A stretch of DNA of 64,000 bases, taken from contig CM120640.1 of the NCBI GenBank assembly GCA_051362555.1, positions 47,842,788 to 47,906,787 on the forward strand, read 5' to 3'. Position numbers and translations under genes: made by a program. This document shows, piece by piece, positions 38,609 through 50,500 of the stretch (positions within the stretch are counted from its first letter, which is position 1; the number at the start of each line of letters is the position of its first letter). The notes beneath the pieces are model-generated. The model was given only the letters and a program-made list of their open reading frames with translations, was not told the DNA's origin and ran no database searches. This DNA is from Lingula anatina (taxonomy: Eukaryota > Animalia > Brachiopoda).

Positions 38609-41600
38609 CATGAATACGCCTCGGCCGACCAGGAGGTCCAGGTGGTCTAGGTCTTTCCAAATCATCACCACTACCCTCTCCAGGACTCCTCCTGGGAGGA
38701 CGCCATCCACCGGGTCTTCTGCCCCCTGCAATTATTAACAAATTTTTCCCTTGTATTTCAAACTGTAGGCGAAAGAAAAAAGTCTAAATGCGATCCTGAG
38801 TTAAGGGTATTGTAACCCTTTATCATCATCCAGATACCGAAAATGAGTTTTTATTTGCATCTAAATATTCAATAATGCGTCCAACTTTGTGCTGATTCAA
38901 AACATTAAAGAACCATTGGAGATATAAAATATCGGCGATTACATTTCTCGGTGCAATGTATAAGCATGGACAACTCAAATCTTTGATCGTCAATTTAACA
39001 CCTTTCTGTTTTGAGGCGAGATAGAAATCGGTATGGGGCGTAACTTCGTCCTTGAACAGGATTTTAGTACAATATAGGCAGAGTGTAAAGGCTACAATCC
39101 CGTGCCGTAATTTTAGTTTAAATGTTTTTGTTATGGAATTATGAGCCCCTTATTACAGCTTTTCATTAAACAAGAGCATTATTTTGCTATATCAACGATA
39201 AAAACCTATAATCTAAGACTTTAAAGAAAAATCGTTGGCAGGGTTTTGAGAGTACTAAATGGTGTAATTAAATAAATAATTAATCCGGTGCTAAAACGCG
39301 CTCGTGGGTGTTCAGGTAAAAGAGATATTTGAATAACCGATTTTTCAGTTTTTACCCCAAAATTGCAGTTACCCATTGACGTCACCCGTAGGTTAACATT
39401 TGTGTTTTGCAAATTAAGTCACGTGATGAAAATTTATCTGTTACCCAAAAGAATGTATGAAAGGCAGAAAATAAGGAGTTATGTACGATGGGTAACAATA
39501 TCCTTAATCAAAAACATTTTTCAACAGAAATTATTAGGTACGTACCATGACTAGGTCTGGGTGGTACAGGAGGTCCAGGTGGTCTAGGTCTTCCCAAACC
39601 ATCACCACTACCCTCTCCAGGTGATCTAGGGCTTTCCACATCATCACCACTACCCTCTCCAGGACTCCTATGAACGGATCTTCTCCCCCTTTGAGGACGC
39701 AATCTACCGGGTCTTCTGCCCCCTGCAAATGCTAACAAATTTTACATTTAACACATGTGCCGTTCAAACTGCAGCCGATACAAACAAGTAGTCTAAATGC
39801 GATTCTTAATTTGAAAAATTTGAAAACCATTATTTCAACAGAAATTATAAGGTACGTACCATGACTAGGCCTGGGCGGTACAGGAGGTCCAGGTGGTCTA
39901 GGTCTTTCCAAACCATCACCACTACCCTCTCCAGGTGATCTAGGGCTTTCCAAATCATCACCACTACCCTCTCCAGGTGATCTAGGGCTTTCCAAACCAT
40001 CACCACTACCCTCTCCAGGACTCCTATGAACGGATCTTCTCCCCCTTTGAGGACGCAATCCACCGGGTCTTCTGCCCCCTGCAAATGTTAACACCCATGT
40101 GCGCAAGTGAATTTCCATGTGCTGCTTTAAAAGAGCCAATTTATATTGTAGCCAATACAAATAAGTTAAAATGCAATTCTGAAATTAAAACAATATTTGT
40201 GTTACAGAATTTATATGCAACTTACCGCGACTGGGTCTAGTCGGACTAGGTCTAGGTTGTCCCTCTCCAGTACTCCTATGACTGGGTCTTCTTCCTCTGT
40301 GAGGACGCATTCCACTGGGTCTTCTGCTCCCTGCAAATGTTCAAACTTCATCCATAAGACCTGTGCCCAAGTGACATAACTTTTGCTGAAGGTCACTTTT
40401 AAAGGGGATGTTTTAGCCGCCGATTGATAGATTTTGATAAAACTTTAGGATGGGTCAGAAAAGGAATAACAGTACAGTGCTAAGATTGTGTACATCCAGG
40501 ATTGTTTAAAAAACATCCCTCACCATTATGATTTAGTTTTTTATAAACGGTGAAATTGACACCAAATGCCCTGTGTGCAAAGGAATTAACTATTGTTGAA
40601 GTTTTGAGAGGTCACTACAAAAACCACTGAAATCTGTTTTAAATGTAATATGTGTAAACATAACTTCGAATAAATAAGAAATTTTGCTTCGATAGAATTT
40701 CGGTAACTTATCATGACCGGGTCAAGGTGGAAAATTTGTCCATACGGTCTGTGCTTGAATTAACTTTTTCATTTTATTTCGTGAGAGGTAATTTTTTAAT
40801 CTCTATGAAATTGACACAGATATATCTTTGAATAAATAAGAATATTTGCTTCAACAGAATCTATCAGTTACTTACCGTGACTAGGTCTAGGCGATTTAGG
40901 TCTTGATTCCATTTCATCACCACTACCCTCTCCAGGACTTCTATGACTGGGTCTTCTCCTCCTCTGAGGACGCATTCCACCGGGTCTTCTGCTCCCTGCA
41001 AATGTTTAAATTTAATCTATAATACCTGTGCCCAAGTGACATAATTTCCTTGAAAGTCACTTTTGAAGTGGATGTTTTCACGACCGTTTGTCTCTTCGTC
41101 ACCAGCTTTTCTCAATAAGGTAAAGATAGATTTTGATGAAAGTTGCGATAGGTCAAAAATGGACTAACAATACAGTGATTAGATTTTGTACATCCAGGAT
41201 TGTTTAAAAAAGACCCTTTACTATTATGAGTTAGATTTTGAGAAATGGTGAAATTGAGACCAAATGTCCTGTGTGCGAGAGATAACTTTTGTTGAAATTT
41301 TGAGAGTCACTTTCAATAACCATATTGAAATCTGTCTTCAATGTAATCTGTGTAAACATAACTTTGAATAAATAAATAAATAAATAAATAAAAATTTGCT
41401 TCGATAGAATTTAGGAACTTACCATGACCCGTGTAACGAAACTGAGTGCCCGTTTAACAGAAAGTCCGCCCTCCATTTAGTTATACTGGTTAGAGTGGCC
41501 TGACCTAAGTGGGCCAAATTATAGGGCGGGGCTAACCGGCACAAATGAATGGGAAGCAGACTTCCTACCATGGGGGACTCTGTCACGTTACAGGGTCTAG

Positions 41601-42888
41601 GTGGAAAATTTGTCCATACTGTGCTCAATTGAATTAACTATTTCATTATAAATCGTGAGAGGTTTTTTGCGAAAAATAATTTAAATCTGTATGAAATTGA
41701 CATAGAACAAATAATATTTGCTTCAACAGAATCTATCAATAACATACCTTGACTAGGTCTAGGCGATTTAGGTCTTGATTCCAATTCATCACCACTACCC
41801 TCTCCAGGACTCCTATGCCCGGGTCTTCTCCTCCTCTGAGGACGCCTTCTACCAGGTCTTCTGCCGCCTGCAGCATACTCGGGATCGTGGCCTCCTGCTA
41901 CATGAGCAACGTACAATATACTTTCATACTAAATTAAAATAAGCCGCGCACGGTCTTCTGACCGAATGAAGCTTGTTAAAGACAAAAATAAGTATCCGTT
42001 TAAATGGATGCGTTGCTAACCTCATGCTTGATCAAACCAAATAGTTATATGAAACATAACTCTTTGATCGAACTGTTTCGCATTTGTTCAAATTACTGTT
42101 AACCTTATGCCAATGGTTTTTACTCATGACAAGGGCTTTCTTTTCGATATTTTTTCACGTTATATTTCATATACCAGACACATGCAAAGAATAATATTTC
42201 TAGGACGTAATTTACTTCAAGTAGCCCTTGTCATTTTCAAACGTTATTTTCGTAATGATGCTCGTTATGACCAGGACAGAGACCTATGCATTGCCTTTTT
42301 GATATACCAGTAGTATACTCTAATTAGACAAAAAAAATTACTTACCCGGAGCTGGCGCGGGACTTAAGGGTGGTCTTGGTCTTCCTGGGGGACGGCTAGG
42401 TGGGTCATCTTGAAGATGAGTGATCGATACCAAATCTGCAAAACAAGTCACATACCAGTATATTAGAAAATCGAATATGTACAAATGAGTTGGACTAACA
42501 TTTCTTTACGCTCATCAGCCCGGCTCTGCAGCAACCAAGGTTATATAACGTTTACCTTATTTTTACATTAATAAAAAAAATGCACTCACTTACGTTTTAT
42601 TTTGCTTCTTTTTCTATTGTGAACGCGACGCTTTTCCAGCACAAATTCTGTATTATTACAATTCATAGTTGCAAGCCTATTTTTCAGGATATTTTCCCTG
42701 AAGTTGTAAGTTTTGAACTGCATAATCCATTTCCAAAGCAAAACAACAATATATAAATTACGAAAAGCTATATGCTTACCTTTAGGAGGTTTTTTGTTGT
42801 CGGACTCGTCATGATCTTCGATGTACAGGGCAATCCCTACGCTAATAAGAACGAGCGCAAGTGCGCATCGTAGGACTTGCCTTCCCAT
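38609..42888 (-). CDS. Secreted Arg/Pro/Gly-rich repetitive protein with EGSGD (glycosaminoglycan-attachment-like) motifs; 3' end uncertain
   Basis: Signal peptide MGRQVLRCALALVLISVGIA. Exons 42888-42780, 42435-42346, 41867-41748, 40995-40876, 40330-40226, 40078-39860, 39722-39546 and 38725-38609. All internal exons are phase 1-1 with lengths divisible by 3 and no stops. Further candidate exons start at 38475 and near 38204. Confidence 0.8.
38805..39503. mobile_element. Non-autonomous Kolobok-like DNA transposon
   Basis: TTAA|GGGTATTGTAACCC...GGGTAACAATATCC|TTAA. It is absent from the paralogous introns at ~38540-38600 and ~39790-39850, which show the empty site. Confidence 0.8.
41432..41592. 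mobile_element. Short insertion with TGT...ACA termini (Ginger-like MITE or mini solo LTR)
   Basis: TGTAACGAAACTGAGTGCCC...GGGGGACTCTGTCACGTTACA. The paralogous empty site CATGACC^GGGTC is near 40715. Confidence 0.65.
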
Positions 42889-42941
42889 CCTCCTGTCGCT
42901 TTCGGAATATGCACTCTAAGGCATAAGGCATTTTCGTCTTA

Positions 42942-42948
42942 TTTTATA
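42942..42948 (-). promoter_or_regulatory. TATA box of the secreted repetitive-protein gene
   Basis: TATAAAA on the minus strand about 55 nt upstream of the ATG at 42888. Confidence 0.55.
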
Positions 42949-43419
42949 CCCTTCCAGTTGCTAATTGGTTGTTTTAATTGCCGTGGGGACCGTGGGTCGT
43001 GGGTTGCTTATTGCGCTTATTTTAGAAGCACGTCAGTCAGGTATCTTCAAAATTTTCAATGCTTTTCTACGTAACTATATAATTACATGGTGAATGTAGC
43101 AATTTTAATGGTACTGGTAGATGACACCTTTGATAAGAATTGGCAGCATGCGGTCTCTTAGAACTTTACCCATGGAACCTAATAATTAACCCCACAATCC
43201 CTACATTTAGAACAGCATATCTGAAACAATCAGGAAGTATACCTGTAATCAAGATGCCATCGCAAGTTGTTTTTGCGGTAGGTTAAGTGCATGCATGATT
43301 TTGCGTCACAAGAGAGACAGGGCAAGCTTATTTTCAAATAGAGGTTCTTTACGAACACATAATAAATGCAGCATATATAAATAAAATATATATTGAAACT
43401 AGCTCTTGTCAGAACAAAG

Positions 43420-44970
43420 GATGCTTGAATCCTTATCAAATCCATTGACAGTAGCCTCCCACATTCGCACCTGATTCTTGTCTGGAGTGGGTGGACCACT
43501 GAGGTGCATTTGATCATATCTATAGCGTCCTAGATCATATCAAGCTGGCACAATTTGGACCCAAGTCAAACTTCAGTGTTTGAGATTGTTGGCCTAGTTT
43601 TAAGACATGCTAATCTGACTATTAAGACAGTATGAAGTATAAAGAGATGTTGACTGAGAGAAAATGAGAGATAGAGGAAGAAGAAGATGATGAAGATGAA
43701 AATGAAGGCCTACATGAATGCGCGACCAAAGTGAACTTAAATTCGTATAACACCCAAACCCAATATAGAGATGCATTTCACATGTTGAAGTGTCAAAAAA
43801 TAAAATTGAATGAATTCAAAGTTGTATTCAGTTTTTAAAACATATATGTGTATAGAACAAAAATCCACGACTGTCTCAATTTAAATTAAAATTTTGATTT
43901 TTACTATGTCTTTTACATTACGCAAAGAGTAACGTAAGTTCCGGGTCATTTAATTTTAATTTTATACCACGTTCCGATATATTTTGTAGTGGTTCAGTCA
44001 TGGTAAATTAGACATGACGTCTAGGCAGGACGTTTTTTTAAATATAAAAAACTATAACCCAAGGGGCTTTGTGTCATGGCTAATACTAGGTAACGTATGT
44101 TCCCTAGAAAAATTGTTACAATGTTTCATTTTGATTAGGTACTTGGTGTGCAGAGAAAACAATGTTTTCTGTTGCTGACCGAAATATATTGTGATTCCAT
44201 GATAGTTTGACATTTCTTATATAATATTTGGAGCACGAGGGGAAAAATAATTTATTTAATGCTTATTTTACTGTCGGTAGGGTGTATTTTCCGAGTTTTT
44301 TAAATATTCAGTGACAAGCAAACTAATTATAAAGTACCGGTAGCCCAAAGACAATTAATTGCTCTGTACAGAAAATTATTATAATTTTTTACAAGGTTAT
44401 ACTTGTTGGAGATAAATCAAAGAACAAAATCCAGTGATGATTGAATTTTCGAAGTGAGTAAAACGTTTCGTAGTTGAACGTTTTGTATTTGTGACAGTAA
44501 CGCATGTTCCCTTTTTTGGGATAGAAGTTGAATTATTTTTTATTTATCATGGTTCCAGGAGAGTGAAACTTTGATATAAACTTCTTCACGTGGGACCCTA
44601 AAATAATCAGACATAGTTTGCAATCTGAGCACTAAATCATTTTAAGAGCATGCCTGTGACATCAATTGCACCTCTATATTTGGTTTGGGTGATAAACATA
44701 ATTTTTGAGAAGTGTTTTCTATGCAGGCCTTTTAAGTTAATTTTAAGACCAGCATTCTATATGAGTTTTTATTTGAAACCAGATGCTTGAATCCTTATCA
44801 AATCCATTGACAGTAGCCTCGCACATTCGCACCTGATTCTTGTCTGGAGTGGGTGGACCACTGAGGTGCATTTGATCATATCTATAGCGTCCTAGATCAT
44901 ATCAAGCTGGCACATTTTGGACCCAGGTCTAACTTCAGTGTTTGAGCTTGGTGGCCTAGTTTCAAGACAT
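43420..44970. repeat. Pair of ~189-bp near-identical direct repeats (43420-43608 and 44782-44970)
   Basis: GATGCTTGAATCCTTATCAAATCC...CCTAGTTT(T/C)AAGACAT is present twice with only a few substitutions. Confidence 0.9.
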
Positions 44971-46451
44971 AGGCCTACTACATGTACATGTACTCTGGCA
45001 ATGTTTGCATTAAAACTACATTGGTTATACATATACATATTTATGGCATTCATTTAAAGCATATTGGCTCTATAATATGCAGAAAAAATAACATACAATA
45101 AGAAGAAGTTAGACACGAACATTTCAAAGATACGGAAGATAATAAAAATGTCGTTAGGGAGGTTCTTGTTTCGAAAAATGATCTATAAAAAGAGTTTGGG
45201 TGCGAACTTACCACCAGGCATTGAGATAAAAACTTTGACCCTCCCCCCCCCCCCCATGTCTTAATGACCAAAGGGCTTACTTTTTTTTTATATTTTGAAA
45301 CGAAATAATTCTACTCTAACTTTAATGCCATAGATATACATGCACATGTACGACGACCATGACATGTCAATGTTTATTTTAATTAAATACTTTATTTTTG
45401 CTTTAAGCTGCCCTCTATTCCCGAACTACCAGTATACACTGTACCTTTGACAGGTTTTCATCTTTTATCAGAGTATATTTTAACTAAGATATGCAGTGCG
45501 TGAAAATGAAAAGAAAATGTTAAATATATTTCAAGTGGTCTGACATCTAATACTGAGACTAAATAAAAAACACGATGTTCAAGATGATGCCCTCGAAGTG
45601 ATTGCGCAATATAACTTGCTCGTGTTTTAATACCCTTAATTGAATAATGCGTTGTGAACCGTTATGATTTCCGACAGACGAAAGAGAAACAAAGCAATAC
45701 TATTACGTGTACATGTGTTAGGACCTTACGAAATTTGTTAGATTAGATTTGTATGAATAGAATGGACCTACATGTACATGTACCTGTGGGGATCCTAGAA
45801 TGGATGAACGTTTTGTAACTGCTGTCACAATACGGAAGGTACAATAAAGAACTGTAAAATATGTTACAACAAAGTAGTGAAATTATGTAAAATATAGGGA
45901 AACTTGACCTAGCTAGGCCTATATTATGTTTCCTTGAATAACAAGAACGTATATTCATGGTCAGTAATGACTTGAAACCGCCATCAGTTTACTCTCTCTG
46001 GGAAGCATGTAAAAGAGAGGAAGATGTATTCTGCGACATCGTATTCGTTGAAAATATTTACAATGTTTGTTTTAATCGCTTTATGGGTATGGCGCCTCTA
46101 GTTTAAATAATCGAGGAATATTTGCGGTGCAATTAGGGGACCATGGGCGGATGAAGGCCATCGTCTGAGTCTTCCGGAAGACGATCTTCTTTCTTAGTCT
46201 GTGCAGGGAATTATATCGGATATAATTCCCTGGTCTGTGACACCCTTCCGTGGCTTTCTTACTAACTTCGGTGACAATAGATGTCATAAGTATGACTATG
46301 GTCGCCACGAGTGGTTTAGATCATATCAAAAGCTGACAGTTGACAAGCTTACTAATTATGATGCAATTAAAATGCCTGGTTGTCGACCAGAGGGTACGCA
46401 GAAGCTCGTAAACGATTAAACTTGTAAGAGGAACTACATGTAGTCGGGGCT

Positions 46452-46535
46452 GACTGGTTGGTACTGGTATATACTGGTTGGTACTGGTATATACCGGTAT
46501 ATACTGGTTGGTACTGGTATATACTGGTATACTAT
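46452..46535. repeat. Short minisatellite of 10-nt ACTGGTTGGT/ACTGGTATAT units
   Basis: Directly visible. Confidence 0.85.
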
Positions 46536-46536
46536 A

Positions 46537-46766
46537 CTGACAGTTAATGAAAACGCATCAGAAAACTTTCTTGTACTTTTTTTTACCGAGAATCGATTTC
46601 CAACCATATAAACGAGTACAAATGCACTTGTTTGATCATAAGAGAGTCACCTTGTTTGACTGAATAATAGGTTATATTTCACACGAAAACTGTTATTTTC
46701 TTAATGTTTCAAAGGAACTTAAAATATTATTTGATAAATAAATGGTGCGTTTTCATTGACTGTCAG
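46537..46766. mobile_element. MITE with TA target-site duplication (Tc1/mariner-like)
   Basis: TA|CTGACAGTTAATGAAAACGCA...TGCGTTTTCATTGACTGTCAG|TA. Confidence 0.8.
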
Positions 46767-47029
46767 TATAAAATAAACGTATTTAGCAATGAGTAGTGAT
46801 GATAAAATATTTTTTCTTCTTTTATTTCCTTGTATTTATAACTTTTGAAAAAGATTAAAAATGTAGTATATATATAGGGCCTACCCCTATATAATAGCTA
46901 TAAGGCTTGATACAGGCCTAGCTAATTTGTAACATTGATAAAGTAATTAAGACAATTCATTAGTGGCGTAACATAACAAAAATAAGTTTCTCGTCAAATC
47001 TCGGACAACCAATACTCTGTTACCTCTTT

Positions 47030-47030
<1 letters not shown>

Positions 47031-47064
<34 letters not shown>
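47031..47064. repeat. (ATA)n microsatellite
   Basis: Directly visible. Confidence 0.9.
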
Positions 47065-47066
<2 letters not shown>

Positions 47067-47548
47067 GTCATCGCGGCAAGTTATTGACTGCGGATGCATG
47101 GTAGATTCCCACATTGTGTTTCAATGGGCTGGATTAAACATGATTAAATCTCGAAAAGAGACCACCTAGGACCACAGGTAATTACAAAAAAAAGTATTTT
47201 ATTTAAACAGGTTTGACATAGATTAACAAGAAAATGTAAAAAAAAAAATGTTTGAAAAGTGAAATTTACAGGGTAGGGGGGTATACTACAAAAGTAACAT
47301 ATTTTTTTCCCGTAGTGTTGGGGCTAACAACTCACATCATTAACAGACGATTGGTAGAACGCGGTCTGTGTCAGAGCGACTGTACGCACCGCTGATGCAC
47401 TGCACTCGCACTGTATAACTGAAAGGGTCTCTGTAACGATTGTGTTAGAGGCGTAAGATACCGGTCACGGATTAAAGTTCATTAGCTCTCCTCCATTTGT
47501 CGTCTTATCTAATGGACTCATACCTGTAAATGGAGCGAAAATCAAGTC

Positions 47549-50500
47549 ATGGGGAATCATAACAGCAGAAAAAGACAACAGAAGAGAGATGAACTTGAAA
47601 GAGACCTTAATATCTTGGAGAACAGACTGGAAAACGTATGTGACACTTCGTCTACCCACCTGTTCGCTGAAGAAATCCCAATCACGGCCAATGTCTAATT
47701 GGGTCATAACCAAGGAGTTCCACCGTGGTCAAATAGATTACGGTGGCAAACCTACTTTATAGTTTTGCTGTTCACACTTTACTTGCCTGTGAGCCCGTTA
47801 ACTAGGCCCCAGTATTCGGGCGTGGGGTCCTGCACATACTGTACCAGTACTACTTGTAGCAGATATTAACCAGTTTTCGACATTGGGTTAATTGATGGTC
47901 ATCATCAGTGACTCCCGTGTTGCTTCATTTATTTTGACCGATATATTACATTACCAAAGGCACCGATACAGTCGGCCCTAATAGAACGAAAAATCATGGA
48001 CTAGCACCATTTATCAGTAATTTGAACACGTATATGGTAGTGCTTACAATATACCAGTAGTACATGTAGTTATAAAACGTGTATAAAGGCACTATTTACA
48101 AGTATTTGCACAAGTACCGGCATGGACAATATTACGAATGTATTATGTCTAAGGTACTGGTTACATATATTTGTGCTAGACTAATACTCGTGGACAACCC
48201 ATAAAATGCTTTTACCTTCTGACCCTTTTAGAAATGCACTCTGCACATGTAGATTTTGACTACTTTTCATGTTTACACTAGACCTAAGGAATAACAACAG
48301 ACAGGAAAGTGATTGACTTAAAGCAGATGAAAAACTACCACGAAACATGTAAATTAAGCATATAAATAGTGATGAATAAATGTGTACCTTAACTGTTAAC
48401 ATCCCTATTTTCCGTTGTTGCAGTTATCCAGGGAGAGAATAGAGGAGATAACTGGACTAAAATTGAGAGTGCTACTGGAGAAACTCAATTCTGGGGAATT
48501 GAAATCTGCAGAGGTGCTACAGGCCTTTCAATGCAAGGTAATATACATGTGTGTGTGTGTGTGTGTGTCTGTGAAATATTGGTACAGTATATATATTATG
48601 CACCTATTCAACACTTGGATAAATTTTACAGAGCTGCTGATACCTTTCACACACACTGATCATGCACTGTGTACAATGCAGGTGTAATATTTTCCTCCTT
48701 AAACTCAGTTTGAAATCTTTTTATCCATTGGTATAATACTGGCCTTAATGACACATCCATATATAATCTATTGAGTATTTGTATCTGGTATAGTTGTAAA
48801 AATATAGTGAATAGGCACCCCATGCTCAAGCTTTTTTAGAAGGATTTATTTATCCTGGGAGGGCATTGTTGAAAAAAACGTCTGTAAATCTGTAATGTTT
48901 ATAATAATCTATAATATAAAATGATATAATTTTTTTTTTCAATTTAAAATTTACAGGCTGTGGAAAAGAACAGAGACCTCAATTTCATCACTGCTGTTAT
49001 CAAGGAAGCACAGGTACATGACAGATAAATGAAAGCCTCTGCTGTGGGGTATTTTAAATTTTTTTTTTTTGTTAAATAGCCCCTATGACCATTTCATTCT
49101 TATACATGTAACACCGACAACAGTACATAAGCATTTCTAGTAATGAGTAATGTATATGTAAATAAAAATATGCATTGATTATATTATATAAAATTTTTCG
49201 ATTTTAACCCCATTAAAATTGCTGGCTACAGGTATGTATTTAAGGCTAATTATCTGCATTAGTACTTGAATGTCAGCTTCTGGTTACAGGATGATGCAGT
49301 GGCCTGTGATACAGCTAGCGAGAAGGGGCCTCTTCATGGTTTGCCTGTCACTATTAAAGATTGTGTTGGACTAAAGGTAGAGGATTCACTTTTTACTCTG
49401 ATGTGCATGTCTTTCCCCTGTATCTTTTGAATTGCACGAGCACTTAACTTGTGATAAGTTTCAGGCATTTAAAGCATTATTTACTTTTCCTGCTTTTTCA
49501 TGTATTATAGAAAATATCTTTTTTGGGGTAGTGACTTCATTTCTTTAAAAAGACGTAACAATAATGGTCTCCAGGACATTATAACAAGCTATTCAAAAAC
49601 AAGAGAAGCAACGGAGATCCAACCAGTCCCTTTATTGAAAATATACACCTGGATTATTTGATATTTTGATATATATAGCAGTCTGCAGCACTGAGGCACT
49701 TCATCAAAGCCTCAAACTAGCAAAATTTAGGATTGGGATGGTAAAGAGATCTGATTTTTCAGCTTGTGGTTTTACACTGGCACCTAGAATATTTAAGACT
49801 GTAAGAATTATTTAATGTTTATTTTGGCATAGTATGGAGAATTATCACTTGTAATGTCTTTAAGTAATTTGAAATTTCATCACAGATATACTTTTCTATT
49901 CTATAGGGTTATGACTCTACTTGTGGTCTGGTGAACTGGATAGGCAAACCATGGGAAGAAAACTCTGTGCTTACCAAAGTATTTACTTTTATTCTACTAA
50001 GTTAACAGTCCAGTTACTAAAAACATGTTTTCACTATAATATAATATAATATAATATAATATAATATAATATAATATAATATAATACTGTTATTTGTCAG
50101 TAAATTTGAATATGATATGTTTCTTAAATATGTTTTGATTTGCTTTTTATGATATTGATTTAAGATGATCTAAATCCTGAATTGGGATGTTCTCTGTATT
50201 TTATTGAACTGAATATTATAAATATAGAAATAATGCAGTGTTTTGCAATAGTTAGATGTCTAAGAATTGGAGGCATTTACTGTGCATGTACACAACACAT
50301 GACAAAACACATAGCATAGAATTGACAGCAGTTACTTGTTTGAATTCTTTTAATAGTTTTTGTCTTTACATATTAGACAATTATGTTGAGTTAAATGGAA
50401 TTGTTTGAATCTTTATTTACAGGTCTTGAAGAAACAGGGTGCTATTCCTTTTATTAAAACAAATGTTCCTCAAACCATGCTGGCGTAAGTACTGAGTACT

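Noticed and set aside
39534-40396. Alternative-frame ORFs (QGAEDPVDCVL...ERVVVM)
   Set aside because: Splice phase from the signal-peptide exon selects the Arg/Pro frame. The other frame is probably open because of repeat composition.
38609-41867. Amidated neuropeptide precursor (G-RR sites)
   Set aside because: Most RR pairs are followed by Pro, which disfavours convertase cleavage, and no conserved short amidated peptide emerges.
14895-42888. Functional cluster linking the GT31 enzyme to the EGSGD protein (GAG linker synthesis)
   Set aside because: They are more than 22 kb apart with an unrelated gene between them. The enzyme looks B3GALT1/5-like rather than B3GALT6, so linkage alone is not evidence.
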